Shown: positions 30,472-39,465 of the stretch, one piece after another | Position numbering within the stretch: position 1 is the first letter of the stretch | Layout: the number at the start of each line of letters is the position of its first letter | Source: Candidatus Harrisonbacteria bacterium | GTDB taxonomy: Bacteria; Patescibacteriota; Minisyncoccia; UBA6257; 1-14-0-10-40-38 | Assembly (NCBI GenBank): GCA_023245035.1 | Contig: JAHFLD010000003.1 | Location: 55,736 to 119,735, forward strand | Reading direction: 5' to 3' | Length of the DNA stretch: 64,000 nucleotides | Notes under the pieces: generated by a model | The model's database searches: none | The model's input: the letters and a program-made list of their open reading frames with translations, nothing else | What the model was told of the DNA's origin: nothing | Made by a program: the position numbers and the translations under genes

Positions 30472-31095
30472 ATGTTTAATACTCAAGAAAAAAAAGAACG
30501 CGCTCTCGGAGTTAAGCTTTTTTTAAAGGCTTCGCGTTGCGCTTCGCCAAAATGCGCCACGGTTCGCCGTCCGACTCGGCCGGGAATGCACGGCGCTGCT
30601 CGTCGGCGCGCCCCGTCGGAGTATGGGCGCCAACTTCTGGAGAAGCAAAAATTCCAGTTTGCCTACGGCTTGAGGGAGGCTCAAGTGCGTTCGCTTTTCA
30701 AAAAAGCGCTTAAAGATCCGGCGGCTACCGGAATGACTTTTGCCAACTTATTGGAGGCTCGTTTGGATAATGTTTTGTATCGCCTGGGATTTACCGCCTC
30801 TCGCTCGGTGGCTCGCCAAGTTGTCGGCCATGGCCATATTTTTGTGAAGGGCCGACGGGTTTCCATTTCTTCCTATTCGGTAAGAGTTGGAGACGTTATC
30901 AGTCTGCGCCCGCAGTCCAAGGATCACCCGGTGTTCAAAGAGATAACCGAGCGGCTTAAGAACTATGAACCGCCGGCGTGGCTGAAGCTCAACAAGGATG
31001 CCGTGTCCGGATCGGTGGTTTCCGCTCCTCGGGTTGATGAACCGCCGTTTGACGTCGGGCTCGTAGTCGATTACTATTCAAAAATAGTTAAATAG
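30472..31095 (+). CDS. rpsD: 30S ribosomal protein S4
   Basis: N-terminal zinc-ribbon-like CASPKC and the S4 RNA-binding domain (LEARLDNVLYRLGF..SRSVARQVVGHGHIFVKGRRV). Confidence 0.95.
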   Translation: MFNTQEKKERALGVKLFLKASRCASPKCATVRRPTRPGMHGAARRRAPSEYGRQLLEKQKFQFAYGLREAQVRSLFKKALKDPAATGMTFANLLEARLDNVLYRLGFTASRSVARQVVGHGHIFVKGRRVSISSYSVRVGDVISLRPQSKDHPVFKEITERLKNYEPPAWLKLNKDAVSGSVVSAPRVDEPPFDVGLVVDYYSKIVK

Positions 31096-31111
31096 TTTAT
31101 AATAAAAACTT

Positions 31112-31882
31112 ATGTACGATAAACTCGTTTCGCGGGTTGCTATTAAGACCGTTTCCGAAAGTCCGACCGAGGGGATTTTTGAGATAGAGGGCTTGTATAC
31201 CGGCTATGGTCTGACGGTGGGCAATGCCTTGCGGAGAGCCCTGCTTTCTTCCTTGCCCGGAGGTGCCATTACTTTGATTAAAATCAAAGGCGTCGGCCAT
31301 GAGTTTTCAACCTTGCCGGATGTGATCGAGGATGTAGTGGAGATTACCTTGAATCTTAAGAAAATTCGGTTTCGAATGCACAGCAGAGACCCACAGGTTT
31401 TGAGTCTAAAATTTAAGGGCGAGGGAGCGGTGACTGGCAAGGATATTGAGGCGAATTCAGAGGTTGAGGTGATTACTCCCTTGGCCCACATCGCCACTTT
31501 GACTTCCAAAAATGCCGAGTTGGATATTGAGTTAACAGTGGAAAAGGGATTGGGGTATGTGCCGCTTGAGGCGCGCAAGATGGAAAAATTACCGATTGGA
31601 GTGATTGCCTTGGATGCTATTTTTACTCCGGTTACCAAAGTTAATTTTACGGTGGAAAATATGCGGGTTGAGGACCGGACTGATTTTAACCGTTTGCGTT
31701 TCGTAGTTGAAACCGACGGGAGCATTACGCCTTCAACCGCCATGGCTAAGGCGGCTCATATTTTGCAGGATCATTTTAAGGTAGTGGCAGAAATGCCTCG
31801 CATGGAGGTTCAACCGATGGCGGTTGTTCCAAAGTCCGCGGAAGCTAAAAAGCCTCGGGCTAAAAAGACGGCCAAAAAGTAA
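31112..31882 (+). CDS. rpoA: DNA-directed RNA polymerase subunit alpha, N-terminal domain only, lacking alpha-CTD
   Basis: GNALRRALLSSLPGGAI...GVGHEFST matches the alpha-NTD. 256 aa ending in a Lys-rich tail, with no helix-hairpin-helix CTD. Confidence 0.85.
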   Translation: MYDKLVSRVAIKTVSESPTEGIFEIEGLYTGYGLTVGNALRRALLSSLPGGAITLIKIKGVGHEFSTLPDVIEDVVEITLNLKKIRFRMHSRDPQVLSLKFKGEGAVTGKDIEANSEVEVITPLAHIATLTSKNAELDIELTVEKGLGYVPLEARKMEKLPIGVIALDAIFTPVTKVNFTVENMRVEDRTDFNRLRFVVETDGSITPSTAMAKAAHILQDHFKVVAEMPRMEVQPMAVVPKSAEAKKPRAKKTAKK

Positions 31883-31898
31883 GCGCTATAAGATATTT

Positions 31899-32231
31899 AT
31901 GAGGAAATTCAACCGGGTTACAAGTCGTCGAAAGTTGTTTCGCAAGAGCTTACTCACCAGCTTAATTGATCATAAGCGGATTGAGACGACGGTGGCTCGG
32001 GCCAAAGAAATCCGGCCGTTGGTTGAAAAAATGGTGACGATGGCTAAGCGCAAGGATGTGGCTCATTTTCGCTTGCTTTGCGCTAAGCTGCCCAAACATG
32101 CCGCGGAGCGTCTTTATCACGACATCGCCCCGCTCTATGTAAAACGAGATGGCGGTTATACCAGAATTATCAAACAGGCGACTTCGCGCAAACGAGATGC
32201 CGCGCCGCTCGCCGTGATTGAATTTGTTTAA
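31899..32231 (+). CDS. rplQ: 50S ribosomal protein L17
   Basis: RKLFRKSLLTSLIDHKRIETTVARAKEIRPLVEKMVTMAK...GGYTRIIK matches L17. ATG at 31899 within the listed ORF. Confidence 0.9.
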   Translation: MRKFNRVTSRRKLFRKSLLTSLIDHKRIETTVARAKEIRPLVEKMVTMAKRKDVAHFRLLCAKLPKHAAERLYHDIAPLYVKRDGGYTRIIKQATSRKRDAAPLAVIEFV

Positions 32232-32239
32232 TTTTTTTT

Positions 32240-32590
32240 ATGAACAACGTTATTGATGCCAGCAAGCAAAGTCTCGGTCGGCTCGCTTCCCAGATCGCGG
32301 TGACGCTTCAGGGAAAGCATGGTCCGGACTATAATCCGCGTCTACCCGGCGCCGTTAAGGTGGTGGTTAAAAATATCGCCAAGATGCGGGTGACCGGTGA
32401 CAAGGCTAAAAATAAGATATATTATCGGCACACCGGCTACATGGGGCATCTGCGAAAACTTTCGTATGAGCAAAAGTTTGCCAAGTCGCCGAGTCAGGTT
32501 TTGCGAGAGGCGGTTTACAACATGTTGCCTAAAAATCGTTTGCGGAGAGTTCGTCTAAATAGACTTCATCTTTATGACCACGAAAATTAA
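32240..32590 (+). CDS. rplM: 50S ribosomal protein L13
   Basis: SLGRLASQIAVTLQGKH..YYRHTGYMG...MLPKNRL matches L13. Confidence 0.9.
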   Translation: MNNVIDASKQSLGRLASQIAVTLQGKHGPDYNPRLPGAVKVVVKNIAKMRVTGDKAKNKIYYRHTGYMGHLRKLSYEQKFAKSPSQVLREAVYNMLPKNRLRRVRLNRLHLYDHEN

Positions 32591-32981
32591 ATCCCAGCGT
32601 TATTATGAAGCTTTGGGTGGCAGAAAGACCGCTCACGCCAGAGTTCGCATTGCGGAAGGAGTTCCGGGCATGTCGGTTAATGGCGCCGACTATACTCTTT
32701 ATTTTAAGACTCCTAAACAACGGGCGGCGTTGCTGGCTCCCTTTAAAATGCTCAATATTGCCGAGAGGTTTAATGCCTCGGTAATGGTTCACGGCGGTGG
32801 AATTAACGCTCAAGCCGAGGCGGCCCGCAACGCCATCGCCAAGGCGATTATTAAGTTTGATGAATCGCTCAAGAAGCGATTGCGCCGTTTTGGCTATGTG
32901 ACTCGCGACGCGCGCATGGTGGAGCGGAAGAAGTATGGGCATAAGAAGGCCAGACGCGCCCCGCAGTGGAAGAAGCGGTAA
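32574..32981 (+). CDS. rpsI: 30S ribosomal protein S9
   Basis: GGRKTAHARVRI..G...VNG...YVTRDARMVERKKYGHKKARRAPQWKKR matches S9. Overlaps the rplM stop by 17 nt. Confidence 0.9.
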   Translation: MTTKIKSQRYYEALGGRKTAHARVRIAEGVPGMSVNGADYTLYFKTPKQRAALLAPFKMLNIAERFNASVMVHGGGINAQAEAARNAIAKAIIKFDESLKKRLRRFGYVTRDARMVERKKYGHKKARRAPQWKKR

Positions 32982-33079
32982 GTTCGGCTCGTCTTTTGCT
33001 CGAACTTCTTTGCCGGAAAAACAGCGCATGTCATTCCAGCTTCGTGTATCCGGCTTTCTGTTTTCTGTTAAAATGCGGT

Positions 33080-33529
33080 ATGCTCACTCGAATGAAGCGC
33101 TTCTCATTGTTTATTCTCTCTCGCCATTTTTTTGTAGCGGCACTTTTGGGGCTGTTGGGATTTCACCTGATCGCGCTTTCGTTTCATTGGTATTGGATTT
33201 ATCGATTTGCCTTGATTGATGTTATTCCCCATTTTTTGGGAGGTTTTGTGGTGGCTAACTTTTTCTATCTGTTTTTTATGAGCTCGCCATCGCCTCGGAT
33301 TTTCGCCCCAAGTATTTTGATCCGAGGCCTGCTTATTTTTCTTTTTGCCTTGGGAGTCGGTGTCTTTTGGGAATTTTTTGAATTTTTGGTGGATCGTTGC
33401 TTGGTTAGCTTGCCGTCATATCGCAACCAGCTGGGACTTACGGATACCATGAAGGATCTCGCGGTTGATGCTTGGGGCAGTTTGGTGTTTATCGGCCTTT
33501 ATATTTTGGCTTGGAGGGGACGAGAATAA
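33080..33529 (+). CDS. Hypothetical small membrane protein
   Basis: ATG at 33080 gives a protein of about 149 aa with 4 hydrophobic helices. Confidence 0.4.
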   Translation: MLTRMKRFSLFILSRHFFVAALLGLLGFHLIALSFHWYWIYRFALIDVIPHFLGGFVVANFFYLFFMSSPSPRIFAPSILIRGLLIFLFALGVGVFWEFFEFLVDRCLVSLPSYRNQLGLTDTMKDLAVDAWGSLVFIGLYILAWRGRE

Positions 33530-33582
33530 GGCGGCTATTTTCTTTGCCAGAGTTTTTGCCTATACTGGGAACACCTTTGATT

Positions 33583-34590
33583 ATGTTTACCCGCAAAATT
33601 GGTATTGATTTAGGTACTGCCAATACGATTGTTTTTGTGCCCGGCAAGGGATTTATCATCAACGAGCCGACAATTGTGGCTTTGAGTTTGCCGGAAAACA
33701 GCGTGCTAGCCGTTGGCCAGGAGGCCAAGGAAATGATTGGTCGAACACCGGACGATATTTCCGCCTATCGCCCCCTAAAGGATGGAGTAATCGCCGATTA
33801 TTACATTACCAAGGCGATGCTCAAGTATTTTATCAGTCGCGCGGTTGGCAGGTTTAATATTTTTCGGCCGGAGGTGGTGATTTCGGTTCCGGCTGGTATC
33901 ACGCCCACCGAGCGGCGAGCGGTGGTCAACGCCGCCCGCGAGGCTGGAGCCAAAGAGGCCTTTGTCGTCAAAGAGCCGATTTTGGCGGCGCTGGGTGCCG
34001 GCATTCCAATTAATGCCCATGTTGGCAATATGATTATCAACATCGGTGGAGGCACGGCGGAGGTGGCCGTGGTTTCGCTTGGCGGTATTGTTTCCTGGTC
34101 CAGTTTGCGGGTGGCCGGAAACAAGTTTGATCAAGCGATTATAGATTACGTGAAGCGCAAACATTCGCTCGCGATTGGAGAGCAGACAGCGGAAACCGTG
34201 AAGATAGAAGTTGGTTCGGCGCTGGCTACCAAGGAGCAGTTGCAGTTTGAACTTCGCGGACGAGATCTGGTTTCCGGTCTGCCACGCGATATAAGCATCA
34301 AGTCCAACGAAATCGCCGAAGCGCTCACGCCGTTTTTACTGGAAATCGCCTCGTCGGTGCAAAATGTTTTTAACTCAACGCCGCCGGAATTGGTGGCCGA
34401 CATCATGGAGAAGGGAATAATTCTTTCCGGCGGCGGCAGTCAGCTTCGGCACCTGGATGAATTTTTTCATAGGCTTACCGGAGTGCCGACTTATCTGGCT
34501 GAGGATCCTCTTTTTTGTGTGGCCAAGGGCGCCGGTTTGATTTTGAATCATTTGGATGTTTATAAGCGGACCTTGCTTACCAAGAGATAA
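33583..34590 (+). CDS. mreB: Rod shape-determining protein MreB (paralog 1)
   Basis: Actin-fold motifs IGIDLGTANT, DGVIADY, NIGGGTAEVAV, ILSGGGSQL. ATG at 33583. Confidence 0.9.
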   Translation: MFTRKIGIDLGTANTIVFVPGKGFIINEPTIVALSLPENSVLAVGQEAKEMIGRTPDDISAYRPLKDGVIADYYITKAMLKYFISRAVGRFNIFRPEVVISVPAGITPTERRAVVNAAREAGAKEAFVVKEPILAALGAGIPINAHVGNMIINIGGGTAEVAVVSLGGIVSWSSLRVAGNKFDQAIIDYVKRKHSLAIGEQTAETVKIEVGSALATKEQLQFELRGRDLVSGLPRDISIKSNEIAEALTPFLLEIASSVQNVFNSTPPELVADIMEKGIILSGGGSQLRHLDEFFHRLTGVPTYLAEDPLFCVAKGAGLILNHLDVYKRTLLTKR

Positions 34591-34634
34591 ATGCGACGCA
34601 TCCAAATGCATAAGTCCGTGCTAAACTGGGTCTT

Positions 34635-35348
34635 ATGGCTTTGGTTAACGAATTGCGCCAAGATTTTGAGAAGCTGATTTCCCGTTCACGATTGGCCCAT
34701 GGCTATCTTCTTTTTGGACAGTCGCTGGTTCGCCAGCGGGATTTTGCCCACAGTCTGGCGCGATTTTTGGAGACTGGCGCTTGGGATGGCAAGGATCCAT
34801 TGCTTGATTTTTTGGCCTTCAACGCCGCCGATCAGGATGAGGGCGGCATTGATAGGGTTCGTTTATTTCGCGCCGAAGTTTTTGTGAAGCCGTTTCGCGC
34901 TTCACGGCGAGTTATTTTGATTGACGCCGCGCACAAACTTACCCAGATTGCCCAGCAAGCTTTGCTTAAAGTCCTGGAAGAGCCACCGGAGCACGCCGTG
35001 ATTTTTTTGAGCGTTCATGATCCGCAGACACTTTTTCCGCCAGTTGTATCGCGGTTGCAGAGATTGTATCTAAGCGGGGAGCCGGAGTTTGCCGATAAGC
35101 ACCATTTTCGCGAAGAGGTTCCCTTGTTCTTGCGCGCCGATTCCAAAGGACGAAAGGAAATGCTTAAGGCGTTTACCGAGGAGGAGCGTCCGCTCATGGA
35201 TTTTGCCGTGGCTCTTTTGGAGCATCTGCGAGCCGATGCCGCGAAGAATTTTCGGGTGCTTGGAGCCCTCTCCTATAGACTCATGCAAATGCATCGGTAT
35301 ACTACTAATCAACGGTTGCAAATTGAAGCCGCCGTTTTACATGTTTAA
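34635..35348 (+). CDS. holB: DNA polymerase III delta-prime subunit (HolB-like clamp-loader subunit)
   Basis: AAA+ fold with a degenerate Walker A, a Walker-B-like VILIDAAHKL, and the sensor motif LKVLEEPP characteristic of delta-prime/tau. Confidence 0.7.
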   Translation: MALVNELRQDFEKLISRSRLAHGYLLFGQSLVRQRDFAHSLARFLETGAWDGKDPLLDFLAFNAADQDEGGIDRVRLFRAEVFVKPFRASRRVILIDAAHKLTQIAQQALLKVLEEPPEHAVIFLSVHDPQTLFPPVVSRLQRLYLSGEPEFADKHHFREEVPLFLRADSKGRKEMLKAFTEEERPLMDFAVALLEHLRADAAKNFRVLGALSYRLMQMHRYTTNQRLQIEAAVLHV

Positions 35349-35448
35349 TCTTTATATGGATAAAGCCTTCGGTCTCTTTATGGTCTTGCTTTTCGTTGGT
35401 TTGGTGATTTATTTCTTGCCGCTTGTTTGCCGAGTCGGTTAATTTTTC

Positions 35449-36000
35449 ATGGAACTACTTCTTACAACTTTTGAAAATCGGACTAAGGATTTTTTGAGTG
35501 TTTTGCGAACCGAACTGGGTGGAATCCGCACCAATCGTCCCAACGCGCAATTGGTGGAAGATCTTAAAGTTGATTATTTTGGTCAGCTGTTGCCGGTCAA
35601 ACAACTGGGATCCATCGGCATCAATCCGCCGCGCGAGGTGGTGGTGACGGCTTGGGATCGCAACGCGGCGGCGGCCATCGCCAAGGCGGTTCAAAATTCT
35701 TCACTTGGCATCACGCCGACGGTTGATGGCGGTGCCGTCCGCTTTCAGTTGCCGCCGCTAACAGCCGAACGTCGAGAAGAGTTGGCCAAACTCGCCAAGG
35801 CGATTGCCGAGAAAATCCGGATTCGTCTGCGTGGCGCCAGAGACGAGGCGAACAAAGAAGTCGCGGCTCTTTTTGACGCCAAGGAGCTGAGCGAGGATCA
35901 GAAGTTCAAGGCCAAGAAACAAGTTCAGGAGATTACCGATGCCACGAATCAAGCCATTGAAGATTTGGTCGCGAAAAAAATCACCGAAATACACGAATGA
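35449..36000 (+). CDS. frr: Ribosome recycling factor
   Basis: LRTELGGIRTNRPNAQLVEDLKVDYFGQ..PV.QL matches RRF. 183 aa. Confidence 0.9.
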   Translation: MELLLTTFENRTKDFLSVLRTELGGIRTNRPNAQLVEDLKVDYFGQLLPVKQLGSIGINPPREVVVTAWDRNAAAAIAKAVQNSSLGITPTVDGGAVRFQLPPLTAERREELAKLAKAIAEKIRIRLRGARDEANKEVAALFDAKELSEDQKFKAKKQVQEITDATNQAIEDLVAKKITEIHE

Positions 36001-37034
36001 CTATTTTTCTATTGCTTATTGGAATTTCGGTTTTAATTTTTATTCATGAGCTCGGGCATTTTTTGTGCGCCAAGGCATTCGGGTTGTACGTGGAGGAGTT
36101 CGGTTTTGGATTTCCGCCACGGTTGTTTGGCAAAAAAATAGGGGAGACCGTCTATAGCTTTAATCTTTTGCCGTTTGGCGGATTTGTGAAGATTTTTGGC
36201 GAGCGGGCGGATTTGAACGACGAAGAAGGGAAGCAGCCGCAAATTCCACCGGAGCGCAATTTTTCGCGCCAAAGCATTTGGAAGCGTTTTGTGATTATCG
36301 CGGCCGGAGTGGTGATGAACTTTTTTTTGGGCTGGGTTTTGCTGTCGTTCCTTTTCTTTACCGGTCTTTCTGGTCCGGTGATAGTTTCCGATGTTGCAGT
36401 CGGTTCGCCGGCGGAGGCGGCGGGTTTTAAAACCGGCGACGGCTTGGTTGATTTTCGGAGTTCCACGGCCTTTGTTGATTTCGTAGCTCAACATCGCGGC
36501 GAGGCGGTGACTTTTTCGATACTTCGAGCGACGACCACCTTGTCGGTTGTCGCTACTCCGGATTTGAATCCCGCAGTGGGGCGCGGCGCCTTGGGTGTGG
36601 CGGTTTCGGAATCCGGCTTTCCCGAACTTGGTTTTTTTGGCGCCATCAAGGCTGGACTATTTACCGCGGCGCAGACGATTTGGCTGATTATCTCATCGCT
36701 TGGCGTTTTGATTGCCGGTTTGTTTGTTGGTCGGGCGCCGGCGCAGGCCTTTGTCGGACCGATTGGTATTTTTCAAATTGCCGCGCAGAGCGCGCGGTTT
36801 GGTTTACTGCACTTGGTACAACTGGTGGCGCTAATTTCTTTGAATCTTGCCGTCTTAAACGCGGTGCCGTTCCCGGCGCTTGACGGCGGGCGGATGCTTT
36901 TTTTACTGATTGAAAAAATAAAGGGGAGCGCTCTTTCGGCCAAGCGGGAGATGATAGCGAACGCCATTGGGTTCTGGTTGCTTATCTTGCTTATGATTTT
37001 TGTGACGGCGCGGGATGTGATTAAGCTGTTTTAG
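35997..37034 (+). CDS. rseP: Site-2 protease, M50 family zinc metalloprotease (RseP-like)
   Basis: HELGHF zinc motif in the first TM helix, LLPFGGFV, a PDZ-like middle region, and a C-terminal LDGG motif. Start overlaps the frr stop. Confidence 0.85.
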   Translation: MTIFLLLIGISVLIFIHELGHFLCAKAFGLYVEEFGFGFPPRLFGKKIGETVYSFNLLPFGGFVKIFGERADLNDEEGKQPQIPPERNFSRQSIWKRFVIIAAGVVMNFFLGWVLLSFLFFTGLSGPVIVSDVAVGSPAEAAGFKTGDGLVDFRSSTAFVDFVAQHRGEAVTFSILRATTTLSVVATPDLNPAVGRGALGVAVSESGFPELGFFGAIKAGLFTAAQTIWLIISSLGVLIAGLFVGRAPAQAFVGPIGIFQIAAQSARFGLLHLVQLVALISLNLAVLNAVPFPALDGGRMLFLLIEKIKGSALSAKREMIANAIGFWLLILLMIFVTARDVIKLF

Positions 37035-37109
37035 AGATAAAAAATATGGAGTAAGAGGTGGGGAAAACGGTGTCCCGATTGTCATGCCAGCGAAGGCTGG
37101 CATCTTAGT

Positions 37110-37150
37110 GTTATCCCTTGACGGATTTGGATATAATATGCTATATTAGC
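37110..37150 (+). promoter_or_regulatory. Putative sigma-70-type promoter for the GC-rich inserted gene
   Basis: TTGACG (37118-37123) followed by TATAAT and TATATT hexamers in an AT-rich stretch. Spacing to either -10 element is non-ideal (8 or 19 nt). Confidence 0.3.
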
Positions 37151-37267
37151 AAATGTTCGTTAGGGCTCTTTTAAAACCGAAAACTGGTCTTTCGAAACAC
37201 TGTGTTTCCGCCAGATTTTGCCATAAAAGAGCTTCGTTTCCGCTCAAACCGGAAGGGTGTGGATTTC

Positions 37268-38023
37268 ATGTCTACGCAAGATTCAAGTCCGTGGGAAAGG
37301 CTGATGAAGCTCATCGCCTCCATCGTTCTTCTGGTCCAAGAGGGGAGTCGGAACCTCAAGGAGGTCATGGAGTTTGCCGACTTCTTTCAGATCGTGAAGG
37401 ACAGGTCGGGATTCTTCGCCGACTTCAAGGCCTTCCTCGCCTCGCGCGCCCTTGGCGCAAAGTCCGAGACGGCTCCCTTCGTCAACTTCGCCTCCATCTG
37501 GAGGCAAGTCTACGTCAAGCTCGGCATCAAAGCCGACTTCTGGGATCTGGCCATTGAATACCGTCCCGGATACTGGCCAATCGTAGTATACGAGGACATG
37601 ACTCCGCAGAAGGTGATGAACGCCATCAAGGGGGCCAATCTCTTCCTCACATGGCAATACGCCACCGATCTTGATGCCGCTATCACCAAGAATGACCGAG
37701 ACCCCAAGACTGGATTCTACGTGGTCTACGTGAAAGCAAGCCAAGAAGCCGACCCCGAGTTCAAGAATCTCTCGGCCAACCAGCTCAAGAAGCAGAACAT
37801 CAAGGGAATCACCCTCCTTGAGCGGATTCTCCTTGAGGTCTTCCACTTCATCCTCTCGGATGGCCAGCATCTAGACATCCAGAGCTTCACGCTCTGCTCC
37901 GGTTCGTGGAACTCCTACGGTAATGTGCCGCACGTGAGCTGGCACGATGGTAAGATGGATGCCAGTTGGCACAATCCTGAGCGTCGGGCTGACTGGCTGC
38001 GGTCTCGAGTAGTAGTTTCGTAG
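37268..38023 (+). CDS. Hypothetical protein with atypical GC-rich codon usage, likely horizontally acquired
   Basis: About 251 aa from the ATG at 37268 (a GTG alternative at 37202). Third codon positions are strongly C/G-biased, unlike neighbouring genes. GGAAGG Shine-Dalgarno-like sequence 12 nt upstream. No recognised motif. Confidence 0.6.
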   Translation: MSTQDSSPWERLMKLIASIVLLVQEGSRNLKEVMEFADFFQIVKDRSGFFADFKAFLASRALGAKSETAPFVNFASIWRQVYVKLGIKADFWDLAIEYRPGYWPIVVYEDMTPQKVMNAIKGANLFLTWQYATDLDAAITKNDRDPKTGFYVVYVKASQEADPEFKNLSANQLKKQNIKGITLLERILLEVFHFILSDGQHLDIQSFTLCSGSWNSYGNVPHVSWHDGKMDASWHNPERRADWLRSRVVVS

Positions 38024-38044
38024 CCCTTCGCTCTTTTCCACTTA

Positions 38045-38076
38045 CGCCCCACACAAATGTGTGGGGCGTTTTCTTA
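38045..38076 (+). terminator. Rho-independent terminator
   Basis: cgccccacac-aaat-gtgtggggcg perfect 10-bp stem followed by TTTTCTT. Confidence 0.7.
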
Positions 38077-38121
38077 TCTTTGTTATTTGCAGAAGCACTT
38101 TTAAATCTATAGAATAACCAC

Positions 38122-39402
38122 ATGTTGCAGTCGGAACTTTTTACTAAAACTCGCAAGGAGGCGCCAAAGGACGAGGAGGCGATTAATGCCCAGCTTTTAG
38201 CACGCGGTGGGTTTGCGCGAAAAATGTCGGCCGGAGTTTATACCTATTTGCCGCTGGGTTTTCGGGTACTGCAGAAAATAGCCCAGGTGGTGAGAGAGGA
38301 GATGAATGCCATCGGAGGCGAGGAGCTGTTGTTTCCCGCGCTTATCGCGAGGGAGCACTGGGAAAAATCCAAGCGCTGGGGATTGAGGGTCGGCTACGAG
38401 TTCAAGTCGCCGGCGGGCGATGAGGTTGGTTTGGGCTGGACGCACGAAGAGGCGTCGGCTTTTGCCGCGGCGCAGTTTATAGAATCCTATAAGGACTTGC
38501 CCCGAGCCGTGTACCAGATCCAAAATAAGTTTCGGGCCGAGGCTCGCGCCAAGAGCGGACTATTGCGCGGGCGGGAGTTTTTAATGAAAGATCTTTACAG
38601 TTTTCATGCCGATAAGGCGGATCTGGATTTGTATTATCAAAAAGTTATCGCGGCTTATAAAAAAGTTTTTGTGCGACTCAATGTTCCGGTGCGATTGACC
38701 GAGGCCGGAGGCGGAGCCTTTACCGACGAGTATACCCACGAGTTTCAAGCTCTTTCTCCAGCGGGCGAGGACACGGTTTATTATTGCCCAAAGTGTGATT
38801 GGTCGCAGAACGAGGAGGTCGCGAAGGTTAAGGATGGCGAGAGGTGTCCCGCCTCTACGGCGGGCGAGCCCGCTTCTTCGGCTAACGAGCCTGCTTCTTC
38901 AGTTTGCGGTGGGACGGTTGCGATTGCTCGTGGAATTGAAGTCGGCAACGTTTTCAAACTTGGCACCAGGTATAGCGAGGCTTTTGGCGTGCAATTCACC
39001 GATCAGACCGGAAGCAAAAAACCGGCGGTGATGGGCTCTTACGGTATTGGCGTGAGTCGATTGCTCGCGACGCTGGTGGAATTACATCACGACGAAAGAG
39101 GTATTATCTGGCCAAAGGAGGCTTCGCCTTTTGCGGTTCATCTTCTGGTTCTGGGCGCCGAAGATACGGCAGTTGAGGCGCGGGGCCGAAAGGTGTACGA
39201 TTCGCTAACCAAGCGGGGAGTGGAGGTGCTTTATGATGATCGCGCCGTTTCGGCTGGAGAAAAGTTTGGCGATGCCGATTTGTTGGGCATAAGTCTTCGG
39301 GCGGTGGTTAGCGCTAAAACCGGAGACAAGATTGAGCTCAAGCGGAGGGACTCCAAAGAGGTTAAGCTTGTAACGCTTGAGGAGGCGATGGAGATGTTGT
39401 AG
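38122..39402 (+). CDS. proS: Prolyl-tRNA synthetase (class II), with a Cys-containing insertion
   Basis: ProRS signature (YTYLPLGFRVLQKI..REEM; motif 2 FRAE.R...GLLRGREFLMKDLYSFH; motif 3 region GGGAFT). Carries an insertion CPKCDWSQ...ERCPAS..(GEPASSA NEPASS)..CGG between motifs 2 and 3. Confidence 0.88.
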   Translation: MLQSELFTKTRKEAPKDEEAINAQLLARGGFARKMSAGVYTYLPLGFRVLQKIAQVVREEMNAIGGEELLFPALIAREHWEKSKRWGLRVGYEFKSPAGDEVGLGWTHEEASAFAAAQFIESYKDLPRAVYQIQNKFRAEARAKSGLLRGREFLMKDLYSFHADKADLDLYYQKVIAAYKKVFVRLNVPVRLTEAGGGAFTDEYTHEFQALSPAGEDTVYYCPKCDWSQNEEVAKVKDGERCPASTAGEPASSANEPASSVCGGTVAIARGIEVGNVFKLGTRYSEAFGVQFTDQTGSKKPAVMGSYGIGVSRLLATLVELHHDERGIIWPKEASPFAVHLLVLGAEDTAVEARGRKVYDSLTKRGVEVLYDDRAVSAGEKFGDADLLGISLRAVVSAKTGDKIELKRRDSKEVKLVTLEEAMEML

Positions 39403-39465
39403 ATGTTCTAGGCGCGGCGCTACTATACTTAAAAAAATTAAAACACTTAGAACTTTTTAGTCACT

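Noticed and set aside
37110-37150. Clean consensus sigma-70 promoter TTGACG-N17-TATAAT
   Set aside because: The TTGACG and TATAAT hexamers are only 8 nt apart, and the alternative TATATT is 19 nt away. The region is kept only as a low-confidence promoter-like AT-rich region, not a textbook promoter.
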